From positions 1 through 37,662 of IMG/VR virus record IMGVR_UViG_3300047157_000191: a stretch of DNA of 37,662 bases; one strand, given 5' to 3'. Both the position numbers and the translations under genes were made by a program. Numbering within the stretch: position 1 is the first letter of the stretch; each line of letters opens with the position of its first letter. The notes under the pieces are model-generated. The model saw nothing but the letters and a program-made list of their open reading frames with translations, was not told where the DNA came from and made no database searches. The stretch is from a virus. Taxonomy: Duplodnaviria; Caudoviricetes. Shown here piece after piece: positions 15,210 to 24,692 of the stretch.

Positions 15210-17258
15210 ATGGCCACCACAAGAATTAAAGATCTCTCAAAAACAGCAACAACTGTTGCGAGTGACGCAAACATAGTTATAGACGGCTCCTCAAACGGGA
15301 CTCAGAAGATTGCCCGTGACAACTTCCGTCAAGACACTGCAGACGCTTACGTAGCAGCTCCGTCAACCTACAAGCTGACTCCTTTGAACGGAGTCAATAA
15401 AATTGACGCTGCTTACCTGCCTACATCTGGAGACACTCCAAAGGGGGAGTGGAACGCCAGCACGAACAGCCCCACTCTGGCAGATGGGACTGGTACGGCT
15501 GGTGACTACTATGACGTAACAACAGCAGGGACAGCTAACCTAGGAAGTGGTGCGATAACATACACTGTAGGTGACGTTGTAAAATACAACGGAGCAACGT
15601 GGTTTAAGATTGATTCAGTCGCAAACATTCTTGATGGAGCTTCCACCGCTGAACAGGGACGAACAACTTTAGAGGTCAACTCCATCGCTCAAGACGCAGA
15701 AGCAGACGGCACCAAATTGGTCGGCCCATCGATGCACTTTGACGGGAGTGCCTTTGTGACCATCACGAGCGATTCCAAATTAAGCTTTGAAGGCTCAGGC
15801 AATGACCTGCCTTTCACTTTCTCGTGCTGGACAAAGCTGCCTGCAAGTTCACCAGCAGGCACCGTGTTTTTCAGTAAATGGGTTTCTGCTGCTGAATACA
15901 GTTTTCAAACAACCAGTGCTGGAAATTTAATTTTGTACCTATCCGATGGCAGCAACACACCGTTCGTAAAAGCATCAACCGCTTTACCGACTGAACAATG
16001 GGTGCATGTCTGTGGCACTTATTCTGGAACCTCGGGCGGTGGATATAGTTCTGCTGCAAACGGTTTGACACTGTATGTTGACGGGGAGGCGGTAACCGCA
16101 ACCCAAACCAACAAGCCAGCATACACTGGCATGACTGCTGGCAGTGATGCCTTACAAATTTCCAGACTTGGAACGACAAATTACGAGCAGACAATTCGTG
16201 ACGCTCGTATTTTCAACAAGGCGCTTTCAGCCAGCGAAGTAAAGAGTCTTTGCCTTTCTGGTGAGTTGCCAAAATCGTATCTGGAGGCCAAAGGTAACGC
16301 AATATACCGTAGCGACTTTAGTGCTGGAGCTAATGGATGGATTGCGTTTACGGGAACCAGCGTTGCTGGTAATATTGACGGTATTGGTGGCAAAGATGAC
16401 AATTTGAGGTTAATGCCAGACACATCTACTGGCTTAAAGCGCATGTATAAAACTGGCCTAGCATTTGGTCAAAATAACCGTTTGTCATTTGAGTATTATA
16501 TACCCTCCTCTAACAGCAATATAGACGGCTTTGACACGCAACTGGGCAACGCTGGTGACGCGAAACCAGAAACAGTTGCAACGCTAGATGCGTGGACTTA
16601 TTACGAGCATGAAGGCACCTGCGATGTAGCCAACGGGTCAGTTTATTTTTACGCGACTGACGGGGGTGCTAAGACATTCACGGATGCTGGGGGTAACGAT
16701 GTCCTATACATTCGCAATGTTTACATTGACCAGATAGGACCAGTACTCGACGCACGGGCTGAGCAATTCGACACCAGCACGGGCAAGCTATACGACTTGT
16801 CTGGCAACGACTTTGTAGGCACCCAGAGCGGTGGAGTGCAGATTCTTGGGAGGCAGTCACCAATATACGAAACTGGAACTTGGACTGGTTCAATCCAATT
16901 TGGTGGAGCTTCGGCTGGTCAGACCTACAGCACAAATAATTGCAACTACACTAGGAATGGCAACATCGTACATGTGCAAGGGATACTTTCATTAACTGCT
17001 AAAGGCTCAAGCACCGGAACAGCTCGGATAGCCGGCCTACCGTATACTAGTTCTAGCGACACCTCACAAGCTGGGTTAAGCATAAATTATGGGACGGGAT
17101 TTGCCAGTTTGACCAGCTTACCGTCAGCGTTGGTTTCTGGTTCCACAACAACTGCACTACTCAGCAATTGGGGAGCATCGGGGATAACCGCTCTGAGTGA
17201 TGCAAACTTCACAGACAACACTTCAATTAGGTTTTCTGGGAGCTACAAAATATCTTAA
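15210..17258 (+). CDS. tail fibre with LamG/concanavalin A-like domain
   Basis: FTFSCW, WVHVCGTY, LYVDG and RIFNKALSASEV (LamG); C-terminal YETGTWT...YTRNGNIVHV fibre domain. Confidence 0.85.
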   Translation: MATTRIKDLSKTATTVASDANIVIDGSSNGTQKIARDNFRQDTADAYVAAPSTYKLTPLNGVNKIDAAYLPTSGDTPKGEWNASTNSPTLADGTGTAGDYYDVTTAGTANLGSGAITYTVGDVVKYNGATWFKIDSVANILDGASTAEQGRTTLEVNSIAQDAEADGTKLVGPSMHFDGSAFVTITSDSKLSFEGSGNDLPFTFSCWTKLPASSPAGTVFFSKWVSAAEYSFQTTSAGNLILYLSDGSNTPFVKASTALPTEQWVHVCGTYSGTSGGGYSSAANGLTLYVDGEAVTATQTNKPAYTGMTAGSDALQISRLGTTNYEQTIRDARIFNKALSASEVKSLCLSGELPKSYLEAKGNAIYRSDFSAGANGWIAFTGTSVAGNIDGIGGKDDNLRLMPDTSTGLKRMYKTGLAFGQNNRLSFEYYIPSSNSNIDGFDTQLGNAGDAKPETVATLDAWTYYEHEGTCDVANGSVYFYATDGGAKTFTDAGGNDVLYIRNVYIDQIGPVLDARAEQFDTSTGKLYDLSGNDFVGTQSGGVQILGRQSPIYETGTWTGSIQFGGASAGQTYSTNNCNYTRNGNIVHVQGILSLTAKGSSTGTARIAGLPYTSSSDTSQAGLSINYGTGFASLTSLPSALVSGSTTTALLSNWGASGITALSDANFTDNTSIRFSGSYKIS

Positions 17259-17266
17259 ACAAAATT

Positions 17267-17569
17267 ATGGACTCTAAAATTCAATATCTTCGCGGTCAAA
17301 TCAGTGGCCTCAACTCACAGCTTGCAGCAGATTTCGGAAAGTCCGAAGTCCTCAAGCTAATCGGAAAAGCCAATAGCTTGCTAGATGCTAGGGTTGAGCT
17401 GGACGAACCAACCAATCGCGACAATGTGTTGGCGTTGGTCACTCAGCTACACGCTGCCGTGGACAGCTACAACTCAGCTAACCAAATCAACATCGAAACC
17501 GTTGAAGAGATTATGACGGGCTACGATGATGCTGTGAACGATCCTATTGACCCTGATGCTGGGGTGTAA
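17267..17569 (+). CDS. hypothetical protein
   Basis: 100-aa helical ORF in the operon. Confidence 0.7.
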   Translation: MDSKIQYLRGQISGLNSQLAADFGKSEVLKLIGKANSLLDARVELDEPTNRDNVLALVTQLHAAVDSYNSANQINIETVEEIMTGYDDAVNDPIDPDAGV

Positions 17570-17572
17570 ACT

Positions 17573-17845
17573 ATGCCAGTCGAGAAAAACGGTGAGAAGT
17601 TTTCTGGCTACAACAAGCCAAAGAGAACTCCAAAGCACGCTAAAAAATCACACGCTGTCCTAGCTAAAGAGGGAGATAAGGTTCGCCTGATTCGCTTTGG
17701 TCAACAGGGTGTATCGGGAGCAGGCAAAAACCCAAAGTCTGCCAGCGAGAAAGCACGGCGCAAAAGTTTCAAAGCTCGTCACGCGAAGAACATTGCTAAA
17801 GGGAAGATGTCCGCAGCTTACTGGTCAAACAAATCAAAGTGGTAG
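17573..17845 (+). CDS. basic conserved phage protein (DUF6321-like)
   Basis: LIRFGQQG...RRKSFKARH...SAAYWS pattern. Confidence 0.7.
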   Translation: MPVEKNGEKFSGYNKPKRTPKHAKKSHAVLAKEGDKVRLIRFGQQGVSGAGKNPKSASEKARRKSFKARHAKNIAKGKMSAAYWSNKSKW

Positions 17846-17855
17846 GAAGATACAT

Positions 17856-17966
17856 ATGCCAAAAGTAGGAAAGAAACATTACGCATACACTAAGGCTGGT
17901 AAGGCAGCAGCAACTAAAGCTAAAGCTAGAATGAAGAAGAAAAAATCCAAAGGAAGCAAACGATGA
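17856..17966 (+). CDS. 36-aa Lys/Ala-rich peptide
   Basis: MPKVGKKHYAYTKAGKAAATKAKARMKKKKSKGSKR*; ATGA-coupled downstream. Confidence 0.7.
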   Translation: MPKVGKKHYAYTKAGKAAATKAKARMKKKKSKGSKR

Positions 17967-18175
17967 CCAGCACGGATCTCGCTGAATACGGCAGGGTATT
18001 TGCGGCTGCCTTCTTAGGCATCGCTGTAACCAACGAGACTTCCATTCTAAGGCTTCTTATAGCATTTGCTACGCTAACTTATATGGTAGGTAAAGCAGCT
18101 CTTGTCTGGCACCACTACGTCAATGCCAGAAAGGGAAAGTGCAATGATAACAAAAACACCGAAGCAGATATTTAA
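17963..18175 (+). CDS. holin-like small membrane protein
   Basis: Two hydrophobic segments and a charged C-terminal tail. Confidence 0.5.
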   Translation: MTSTDLAEYGRVFAAAFLGIAVTNETSILRLLIAFATLTYMVGKAALVWHHYVNARKGKCNDNKNTEADI

Positions 18176-18671
18176 AGAGGCCGCTGTCATTGCTGGTGCC
18201 GCTGCATGCCTCTTTACCGGGTGTGTAGGAATGCCTGAAATGCAAAGGCAGACAAATGCTACGACAGAAGTTAGTGAAAAGTGGTCGAGAGACCAGAACG
18301 AAAGGATCACTGCTCTGTTCTCTGCGGCGCAGGGACACGATGGTCAGACTCGCGTTGACTGGACTGTTGACAATAGCGAGCGCGGCAATGGCGACCAGTT
18401 TTCTTTATCTGCTCTCGAGAACAGCCTTCCCGGGGGCATTAGTCTGGTTTACTACGCAGTAGGAATACTACTGTTGTTTTGGGTTGCCAAAAGAATTGTT
18501 AACTCGAGCAATGCTGTTAAGCTGACCCTATCGGCTGCTGACAATGCGATTGCTAAACAGATCAAGAAACTGGAAGGCAAATTGAACAGCAGAATCTCTG
18601 AGTCAGAAAGACTGGATGTTGTGAGTATGCTCAGAGATCTGGAACACGAACGAGGTAAACTGCGAGGTTAA
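18144..18671 (+). CDS. lipoprotein with a transmembrane helix (spanin-like)
   Basis: Signal ending FTG-C27; second hydrophobic helix ISLVYYAVGILLLFWVA; C-terminal coiled coil. Confidence 0.55.
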   Translation: MITKTPKQIFKEAAVIAGAAACLFTGCVGMPEMQRQTNATTEVSEKWSRDQNERITALFSAAQGHDGQTRVDWTVDNSERGNGDQFSLSALENSLPGGISLVYYAVGILLLFWVAKRIVNSSNAVKLTLSAADNAIAKQIKKLEGKLNSRISESERLDVVSMLRDLEHERGKLRG

Positions 18672-18674
18672 TAT

Positions 18675-19706
18675 TTGAAAACAAAACGAGGTGTGGTGCG
18701 AGGAGTAGTGGATGGCTATAGCAGCTATTCATTGCATTTAATAAGAGTCATTGAGGGGCTCACTGAATTAGACCGGGACATACACTGTTGGCCAGTCCGA
18801 AGCGAGGCAGGTAAGGCTCCTATACCGAGAGTGGTGATGGAGTCTGTTGTGCATAAGGAGCAGCAAGATGACTGGGAGATGATTGTTCATTGCCCGTCAT
18901 TCAGTCCTACAGGCAAAAAGCAGCTTGTGTATAACACAATGTGGGAGAGCACGAGACTTCATAAGGAGGCAGTGCTGAACTTGAATCAGGCAGACCTGAT
19001 TGTTGTGCCGAGCGACTTTAATTTGTGTTTGTTTAATGCACAGGGAATCAGGAAGACAATGGTCAAGGTCCCTATGGGAATAGACACGGATGTCTTCCAC
19101 TACAGGCCACAGAAACAGGGTTCTGAGTTTGTTTTTGGTGTGGCTGGGAGAACAGCGGCAGGAGGCTGCAGGAAAGGCTTTGAGGACGTTCTCAGAGCGT
19201 GGAAGAAAGCGTTCCCTAAAAGGGTGAAAGATGTCAGGTTAAGCATTAAGTGTTTCCCCGATGACCCTGTAATAGATGTCGATGATGACAGGGTAAGTTT
19301 TACTCGTCAGTTCTGGACAAGGAAAGATCTGGCTAACTGGTATGCGGGGCTTGATTGCTTTGTGAGTGCGTCGAAAGGTGAGGGATGGGGTCTCATGCAG
19401 CATGAGGCTATGGCCACAGGAAGGCCAGTCATTGCAGTTCCCTTCGGGGGAATTACAGAGTTTTTTGATGAGTCAGTGGGTTACCCTGTTGACTTTGACT
19501 TGAGAGAGTCTGAGGCGCATTACTCTAATGGCGGCCTCTGGGCAGCCCCTAAACAGGACAGCTTGATAGACCGAATGCGGGAGGTCCAAAACGAGAGAGG
19601 TGTAGCAAAAGCGTTGAGAGCTTCAGAGCGAGGAATGAAGCTCAACTGGGAGAGCAGCAATAAAAAGCTAGACTCAGTCTTAAGTAAAATTGGATTTTAT
19701 ACATGA
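18675..19706 (+). CDS. glycosyltransferase, GT-B/GT4-like
   Basis: VPMGIDTDVF, RKGFEDVLRAW and SKGEGWGLMQHEAMATGRPVI (EX7E). Confidence 0.92.
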   Translation: MKTKRGVVRGVVDGYSSYSLHLIRVIEGLTELDRDIHCWPVRSEAGKAPIPRVVMESVVHKEQQDDWEMIVHCPSFSPTGKKQLVYNTMWESTRLHKEAVLNLNQADLIVVPSDFNLCLFNAQGIRKTMVKVPMGIDTDVFHYRPQKQGSEFVFGVAGRTAAGGCRKGFEDVLRAWKKAFPKRVKDVRLSIKCFPDDPVIDVDDDRVSFTRQFWTRKDLANWYAGLDCFVSASKGEGWGLMQHEAMATGRPVIAVPFGGITEFFDESVGYPVDFDLRESEAHYSNGGLWAAPKQDSLIDRMREVQNERGVAKALRASERGMKLNWESSNKKLDSVLSKIGFYT

Positions 19707-21943
19707 GAGAAGACAGAAACTACACCGCCAACGATGACCCGCCAATTACGGCAGGGGACAACGGATTTGTAGGTGTAGACATGAGGCAGCAGCCTCATAT
19801 GCTTCCCGCTGGATTAGTTTCAGAAGCTGTCAATGCTCGCTTCCGCTACGGAGTAGCAGAGCCCCGCAAGGGAGTCATGCCGCTTACGTGGTTTAACCGT
19901 TACGGCTTTGAGTGGCCTATCGAATGGGGAGAGGGCGATATAAACTGGTCAAGACAGATCAGCACAACTCTAGGTCAAGTCTACGGGGTAGGAGTCTGGA
20001 ATGATCCCAATGGTAATGATTGGATCTTGATCGCGGCCTCGCTTGAAGGAACCACAATCTCTCTCTATCGAGCACGATACGGGAACAATATTGAGCCTAT
20101 CCCCTGCAGCGTTGGGTTAACTGTCCCTACATCAGACTTCGCTAGTGATAACACAGTATCGAAATACTGGTTTACTCAGGCATTTGATAAAGTCATTCTC
20201 TCCCGGGGTCCAGATGAAAAGCATCTTGTATTGTCCTCGTTTGAGGAAGGGTTTGTAGAGGCTCCTGACGCAGATGACGGCACTGACTCAATACCTAATT
20301 CAGATACTACTTTATTCTTCAAGAACAGACTCCTTGTCCCGCATAGACCCGGCGCAGGATACAAGGCCGATCACGTAGCTGTTTCGGATATTCTTTCTTA
20401 CACGAACTACGATCCTGTCTACTCGTCATTCAAGATCAATCAAGGCGACAGCGACAATATTCGGAGGATCTTTAAGTTCAATGACACAACAGTTGTTATC
20501 TTCAAAGATACCAGCATCTACACCGTCTCAAATCTCGTAGGAGACAACTGGGGAACAAGTGCTGTCCTTGATCAAATCACAACAGAATACGGACTTGTAG
20601 GGACAAGGTCTGTAGCAAGCGCAGGGAACGACCTGTGGTTCCTTTCCCAGCGTGGCGTGGTTAGTTTGATACTGACAGAGCAAAACAAGCTGCAGGGTGT
20701 ATCAGAGCCACAGAGCACAGCTATACAGCCGATCATTGACAGGATTGATTTCAGGGTTGCCAAAGAGACAGCCTCTGCAGCTTACTGGCGCAACAGATAC
20801 TACTTAAGTGTCCCCATTGACGGCGGCCAGCAGAACAATGCAGTGCTTGTCTATGATTTCATTAATCAAGCGTGGTCAGGCTACGACACGGGAGACGCAA
20901 TAAAGATTAAGTATCTGTTCGTGGCAGACTTTCAGGGATCGGAGCACCTCTACTACGTAGACTATGACGGCATCGTTGGCCTCTATGAATACGCGGAACA
21001 GGAAGGCAGGCCGATTGTTCAAGGCACTTACACATGTGACCTTGTAGTCAAGGGTCATGTTCAAGACGGAACTAAAGTCACAGTCAATAACGGCACAACA
21101 GTTCGTGCTACCCGTCAGCGAGAAGTAGTTGATGATGCTGACGCAGAAATAACTGATGACAGCGGGCTGGAGATTATCGAGCCACTTACAGTTAACACAA
21201 ACGATCCTGAGGACGGTTGGCTGTGGGGAGTTGGTGATGAGCAACAGGCAGATCACTGCGAGGTCGCGGGAGCAAACCTGTTCACAGGATTCACGCAGGA
21301 CGGCTGGTATTCGGGGAACACAACAGACACAGACAATGGCTGCGGAGTTCATTTCGAGAGCACTTCACCGATTCTTGTGAGCATCAAGGATCCCTTTGGC
21401 AATGTAGATCCCTACCTGCAGGCTATATGCTCTGACACAATTAAGATCGAGGACAGGCCGATAGCTTTCATGATTAAAACTCGAGGCTATGGGTTTGAGG
21501 CAGGCAACAGGAGGCGCTTCCAACAGGCGCAAGTATTCATCTCAACGTGGGACCCAGAATACAAGGTCACAGGAATTGTTGACGGTGTAAAAGAGGAATC
21601 TGTCATAGTTAACAATGCCAGCTACACCAGAACTAAATACATGACTTTTGCAATGAGTGACTGGGACATCCAGAATCTGGATGACTCTCACGAAGCCCCG
21701 GGCAAGGAGGACTACTCCGTCATTCTCGACACAGAGAACGCAGACCCGGGGACAGTGCTGGGAACAGCAGGCACTCAGCTTGACCTTTACCAATACTGGA
21801 CTCACAAAATGCGAGTTGACAGGAGAGGCGCTTACTTTCAAGTCAAGATTGAAGGAATCAGCGGGAGAGTCAGGCTTCACAGCGTGACATCAGGAGCAAC
21901 GCCGGGACAGAGGCGAGAAGGAACACACGCAGGACTTTGGTAA
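19703..21943 (+). CDS. tail nozzle (tail tubular protein B-like)
   Basis: 746 aa with beta-propeller-like repeats (VVIFKDTSIY, DLWFLSQRGV, RYYLSVP, VLVYDF..QAWS). Confidence 0.75.
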   Translation: MREDRNYTANDDPPITAGDNGFVGVDMRQQPHMLPAGLVSEAVNARFRYGVAEPRKGVMPLTWFNRYGFEWPIEWGEGDINWSRQISTTLGQVYGVGVWNDPNGNDWILIAASLEGTTISLYRARYGNNIEPIPCSVGLTVPTSDFASDNTVSKYWFTQAFDKVILSRGPDEKHLVLSSFEEGFVEAPDADDGTDSIPNSDTTLFFKNRLLVPHRPGAGYKADHVAVSDILSYTNYDPVYSSFKINQGDSDNIRRIFKFNDTTVVIFKDTSIYTVSNLVGDNWGTSAVLDQITTEYGLVGTRSVASAGNDLWFLSQRGVVSLILTEQNKLQGVSEPQSTAIQPIIDRIDFRVAKETASAAYWRNRYYLSVPIDGGQQNNAVLVYDFINQAWSGYDTGDAIKIKYLFVADFQGSEHLYYVDYDGIVGLYEYAEQEGRPIVQGTYTCDLVVKGHVQDGTKVTVNNGTTVRATRQREVVDDADAEITDDSGLEIIEPLTVNTNDPEDGWLWGVGDEQQADHCEVAGANLFTGFTQDGWYSGNTTDTDNGCGVHFESTSPILVSIKDPFGNVDPYLQAICSDTIKIEDRPIAFMIKTRGYGFEAGNRRRFQQAQVFISTWDPEYKVTGIVDGVKEESVIVNNASYTRTKYMTFAMSDWDIQNLDDSHEAPGKEDYSVILDTENADPGTVLGTAGTQLDLYQYWTHKMRVDRRGAYFQVKIEGISGRVRLHSVTSGATPGQRREGTHAGLW

Positions 21944-21949
21944 AAGATT

Positions 21950-22969
21950 ATGCCAGATAGCACATCAAACTTTGTAGTGGACGCAGTCAATGGGCCGATA
22001 CCTTCGGACTCAGTTACTCGCGCAGAATTCATCACTGCTCTTGAGCAGCTTAACTATGCGAATGGTAACATTCGTTCAATCGATAACTTGAGTGGGACTG
22101 CAGGACTTGTGTCAATTGACGGCAGCGGGGCCGCCAACGTCAGGAGTGTTACAGGGGCTACAGGGCTCACAGTCGCAAACGGAGACGGGAGCGGAAATCC
22201 TGAGGTATCGCTCAATGCTCCGCACACTTTCAGGCAGACATACAATGACACCAGTAGTAATACTGTCAGCGACACTAAGCTGTATAACATAATAAGCACA
22301 GGCACTGCTTACACGCTTACGCAGCCAGTATCAGGATACGTTACTGTTAAGAATATAGTAAACGCATCTGCGGCTGTAGTAGTGATAAGCAGTGGTGACT
22401 GGGGGCCAGCAGGGATCAGCACTGTCAGCATTAGCCCCGGCGAAACTCTGACAGTAATTAGTAATGTCGCCCAGAAATGGTATCCGCAGAATGCGTTATC
22501 TGAGGTAAATCCCTTCGGAGCAATTTACAGAACTTCAGCTTCTGCCACTACCGTTGGAGCGGGTTACACTAACTTAAGCGTGACCACATCGACTGATTCT
22601 AACATGATCGATTTTGAACAGGCATCCAATGGTCAATTAAAATACACAGGTTTAACCCCTATCAACGCAGAGGTAACCATTAGTATCACAGGAAAAGTCT
22701 CAAACAATTCAGTCACGGAGCTTACGTTCACAATAGCAAAGAAAGATGCATCAGCTAATACGACCACTTACATTCCTCAACCTGAGCAAACGATTCGCTT
22801 AATAAATAATTCAGACATTAGTAATATAAGCATTGTATCACATGTAGAACTGCATCAGAACGATTACGTTTTTGTTGGGATAAGAGAAACTAACACAACA
22901 ACCTTAAACACTTTTACTCCCTCTAAGTTTTATATGGCCGCATCTGGTCACAAAATAATAACAGCTTAA
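21950..22969 (+). CDS. tail fibre/spike-like protein
   Basis: G/T/S/N-rich beta sequence; GLTVANGDGSGNPEVS shaft motif. Confidence 0.6.
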   Translation: MPDSTSNFVVDAVNGPIPSDSVTRAEFITALEQLNYANGNIRSIDNLSGTAGLVSIDGSGAANVRSVTGATGLTVANGDGSGNPEVSLNAPHTFRQTYNDTSSNTVSDTKLYNIISTGTAYTLTQPVSGYVTVKNIVNASAAVVVISSGDWGPAGISTVSISPGETLTVISNVAQKWYPQNALSEVNPFGAIYRTSASATTVGAGYTNLSVTTSTDSNMIDFEQASNGQLKYTGLTPINAEVTISITGKVSNNSVTELTFTIAKKDASANTTTYIPQPEQTIRLINNSDISNISIVSHVELHQNDYVFVGIRETNTTTLNTFTPSKFYMAASGHKIITA

Positions 22970-22973
22970 TATT

Positions 22974-24251
22974 ATGCCACTATCAGTTAACGTAGGCGTG
23001 GGATACAATTTCTCAGCCGGGGAAAAAGTCACCTACACTAAGCTCAACAGGCTTGGGGCTCCCTCAATAACATTCACAGGATCGATTGATTCTAATCAGA
23101 TCACAGACGGTGCTGTTCTTACGTCCAAACTGGAGCAAGGAATCGACATCAATAGTAAGATCAGTGATCACAACTTGTCCTTAGCTAAGCTCGAGGCTGG
23201 GACTCAGGGGCAGCTACTGTATTACAACGCTGACGGCGACCTTGTTAAGTTGCCCCCGGGCAGTGACGGTCAATTCCTCAGAACTAAAGGATCATCTGCT
23301 GCTCCGGAATGGGCAGCTCAAGGAGGATTATCGACGCTTAGTTACGAGGATCTTACTACAGACGGAAATGACAAATACCTAACCACAGATTCCACTGGGA
23401 GTGTGGTGTGGATAAACAAACCAGTCACAACGTCAGTTTCTTCTTACACTTCCTCAAATATTGACGCAATAAGATCCGCTGGTTTTGAGACGATCTCTGT
23501 AGGATTTGTTCCAGAGCACATCCGAGTTACGATGTTTTGCCAGACAACTGACGCATCCACTGGCTATCAGCAAAACGATGAGTTTGAGATAGGTCATAAC
23601 TTTTGGAGTCAGACAGGCGAAAACCGCAACGGCGTTAATGTCATATTCGATTTCTCAAGCAACAGTGTTAGGCTTCAGCTAGAGTCTGCATTTGCGAGTG
23701 CTTCAAACTTCCGCATAATGCATAAGACTAGCGGGGCTTCCGTAGATTGCGATGCAAGCATTCTTAAGCGCTTCGTATTTAAAGTTCGCGCGTGGGAGTC
23801 CGGTTTTTCTAGCTCGGGAAATAGCGGAGGAGCACTAACGAGTGAGCCCGGTTACTATTTCTCAGCGACATCTCCGCAAGCTTCAAGTTACTATATTTTT
23901 GGGACAACCGCATCAGAAAGATCTGTCGCATTCGACCATCAACTAGGAAGTGTTCCCAAACTTGTGCGAGCAGTATTTGTGGCTACAGAAGAGATCAGCG
24001 AGTTAGGCCTTTCGGCTCAGGATGAAGTTGATGTATCACAATTTTTGATTTCATTTGGGGGGGGTTCTCAATGGCATCCACTGCAAATAAAATCGACATC
24101 CTCGCAGGTCTCTCTTGTTAACTCGCTAGGCGTCCCGGGAAGACTTTTGCCTGAATACTCTTATTTAACAAATAGCATCAATGGTCAGCTTACGATTTTA
24201 ACAGATGCTATAGCCAGCAAAATGAAACTGAAAATTTACGCTTGGAAGTAA
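22974..24251 (+). CDS. tail fibre-like protein
   Basis: ITDGAVLTSKL and GQLLYY..G...LPPGSDGQFL fibre repeats; two similar C-terminal domains (VPEHIRV / VPKLVRA, each ending AW). Confidence 0.7.
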   Translation: MPLSVNVGVGYNFSAGEKVTYTKLNRLGAPSITFTGSIDSNQITDGAVLTSKLEQGIDINSKISDHNLSLAKLEAGTQGQLLYYNADGDLVKLPPGSDGQFLRTKGSSAAPEWAAQGGLSTLSYEDLTTDGNDKYLTTDSTGSVVWINKPVTTSVSSYTSSNIDAIRSAGFETISVGFVPEHIRVTMFCQTTDASTGYQQNDEFEIGHNFWSQTGENRNGVNVIFDFSSNSVRLQLESAFASASNFRIMHKTSGASVDCDASILKRFVFKVRAWESGFSSSGNSGGALTSEPGYYFSATSPQASSYYIFGTTASERSVAFDHQLGSVPKLVRAVFVATEEISELGLSAQDEVDVSQFLISFGGGSQWHPLQIKSTSSQVSLVNSLGVPGRLLPEYSYLTNSINGQLTILTDAIASKMKLKIYAWK

Positions 24252-24254
24252 GTA

Positions 24255-24692
24255 ATGCACTTCGACCACTCCATAAAAGAAGACTTCATGCGTCTGACTC
24301 ATAACAATGAGCAGGCGTGGTTATTCGTGGAGACATTCGCCACAAGGTCTCATGACATTGATGACTTCATTGATGGCGATAAGAAGGTCAATGACGAGGA
24401 TGTGATCAAGGCTGAAATGGACTGGATGGTCACACTCACAAGCAATCAATTCTACATAGCAAACAGCAGCTTTCTTCTCCCCCTAATCATAATGAGCTGC
24501 AACGCGTGGCTTGACGCAAATAAGTGGGAGCAGTCAGACGTAGAAGTAAAGAGAGCGCACTCCGATGTGCTCAAGAGTCAATATCACGAGGTTATATTTG
24601 CAACCGTTTACCTGTGCGGCGGCTGGAAGGCGATGAGAGAATTCACAAAACTACACAGGCAATACCAGACAGACAATTATGGGACTATATAG
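24255..24692 (+). CDS. DDxxD isoprenoid-synthase/prenyltransferase-like protein
   Basis: Helical-looking 145 aa with HDIDDFIDGD at residues 33-42. The ORF is secure; the function is inferred. Confidence 0.55.
   Translation: MHFDHSIKEDFMRLTHNNEQAWLFVETFATRSHDIDDFIDGDKKVNDEDVIKAEMDWMVTLTSNQFYIANSSFLLPLIIMSCNAWLDANKWEQSDVEVKRAHSDVLKSQYHEVIFATVYLCGGWKAMREFTKLHRQYQTDNYGTI

Noticed and set aside
15210-24251. Diversity-generating retroelement acting on the fibres
   Set aside because: No reverse transcriptase and no TR/VR repeat pair noticed.
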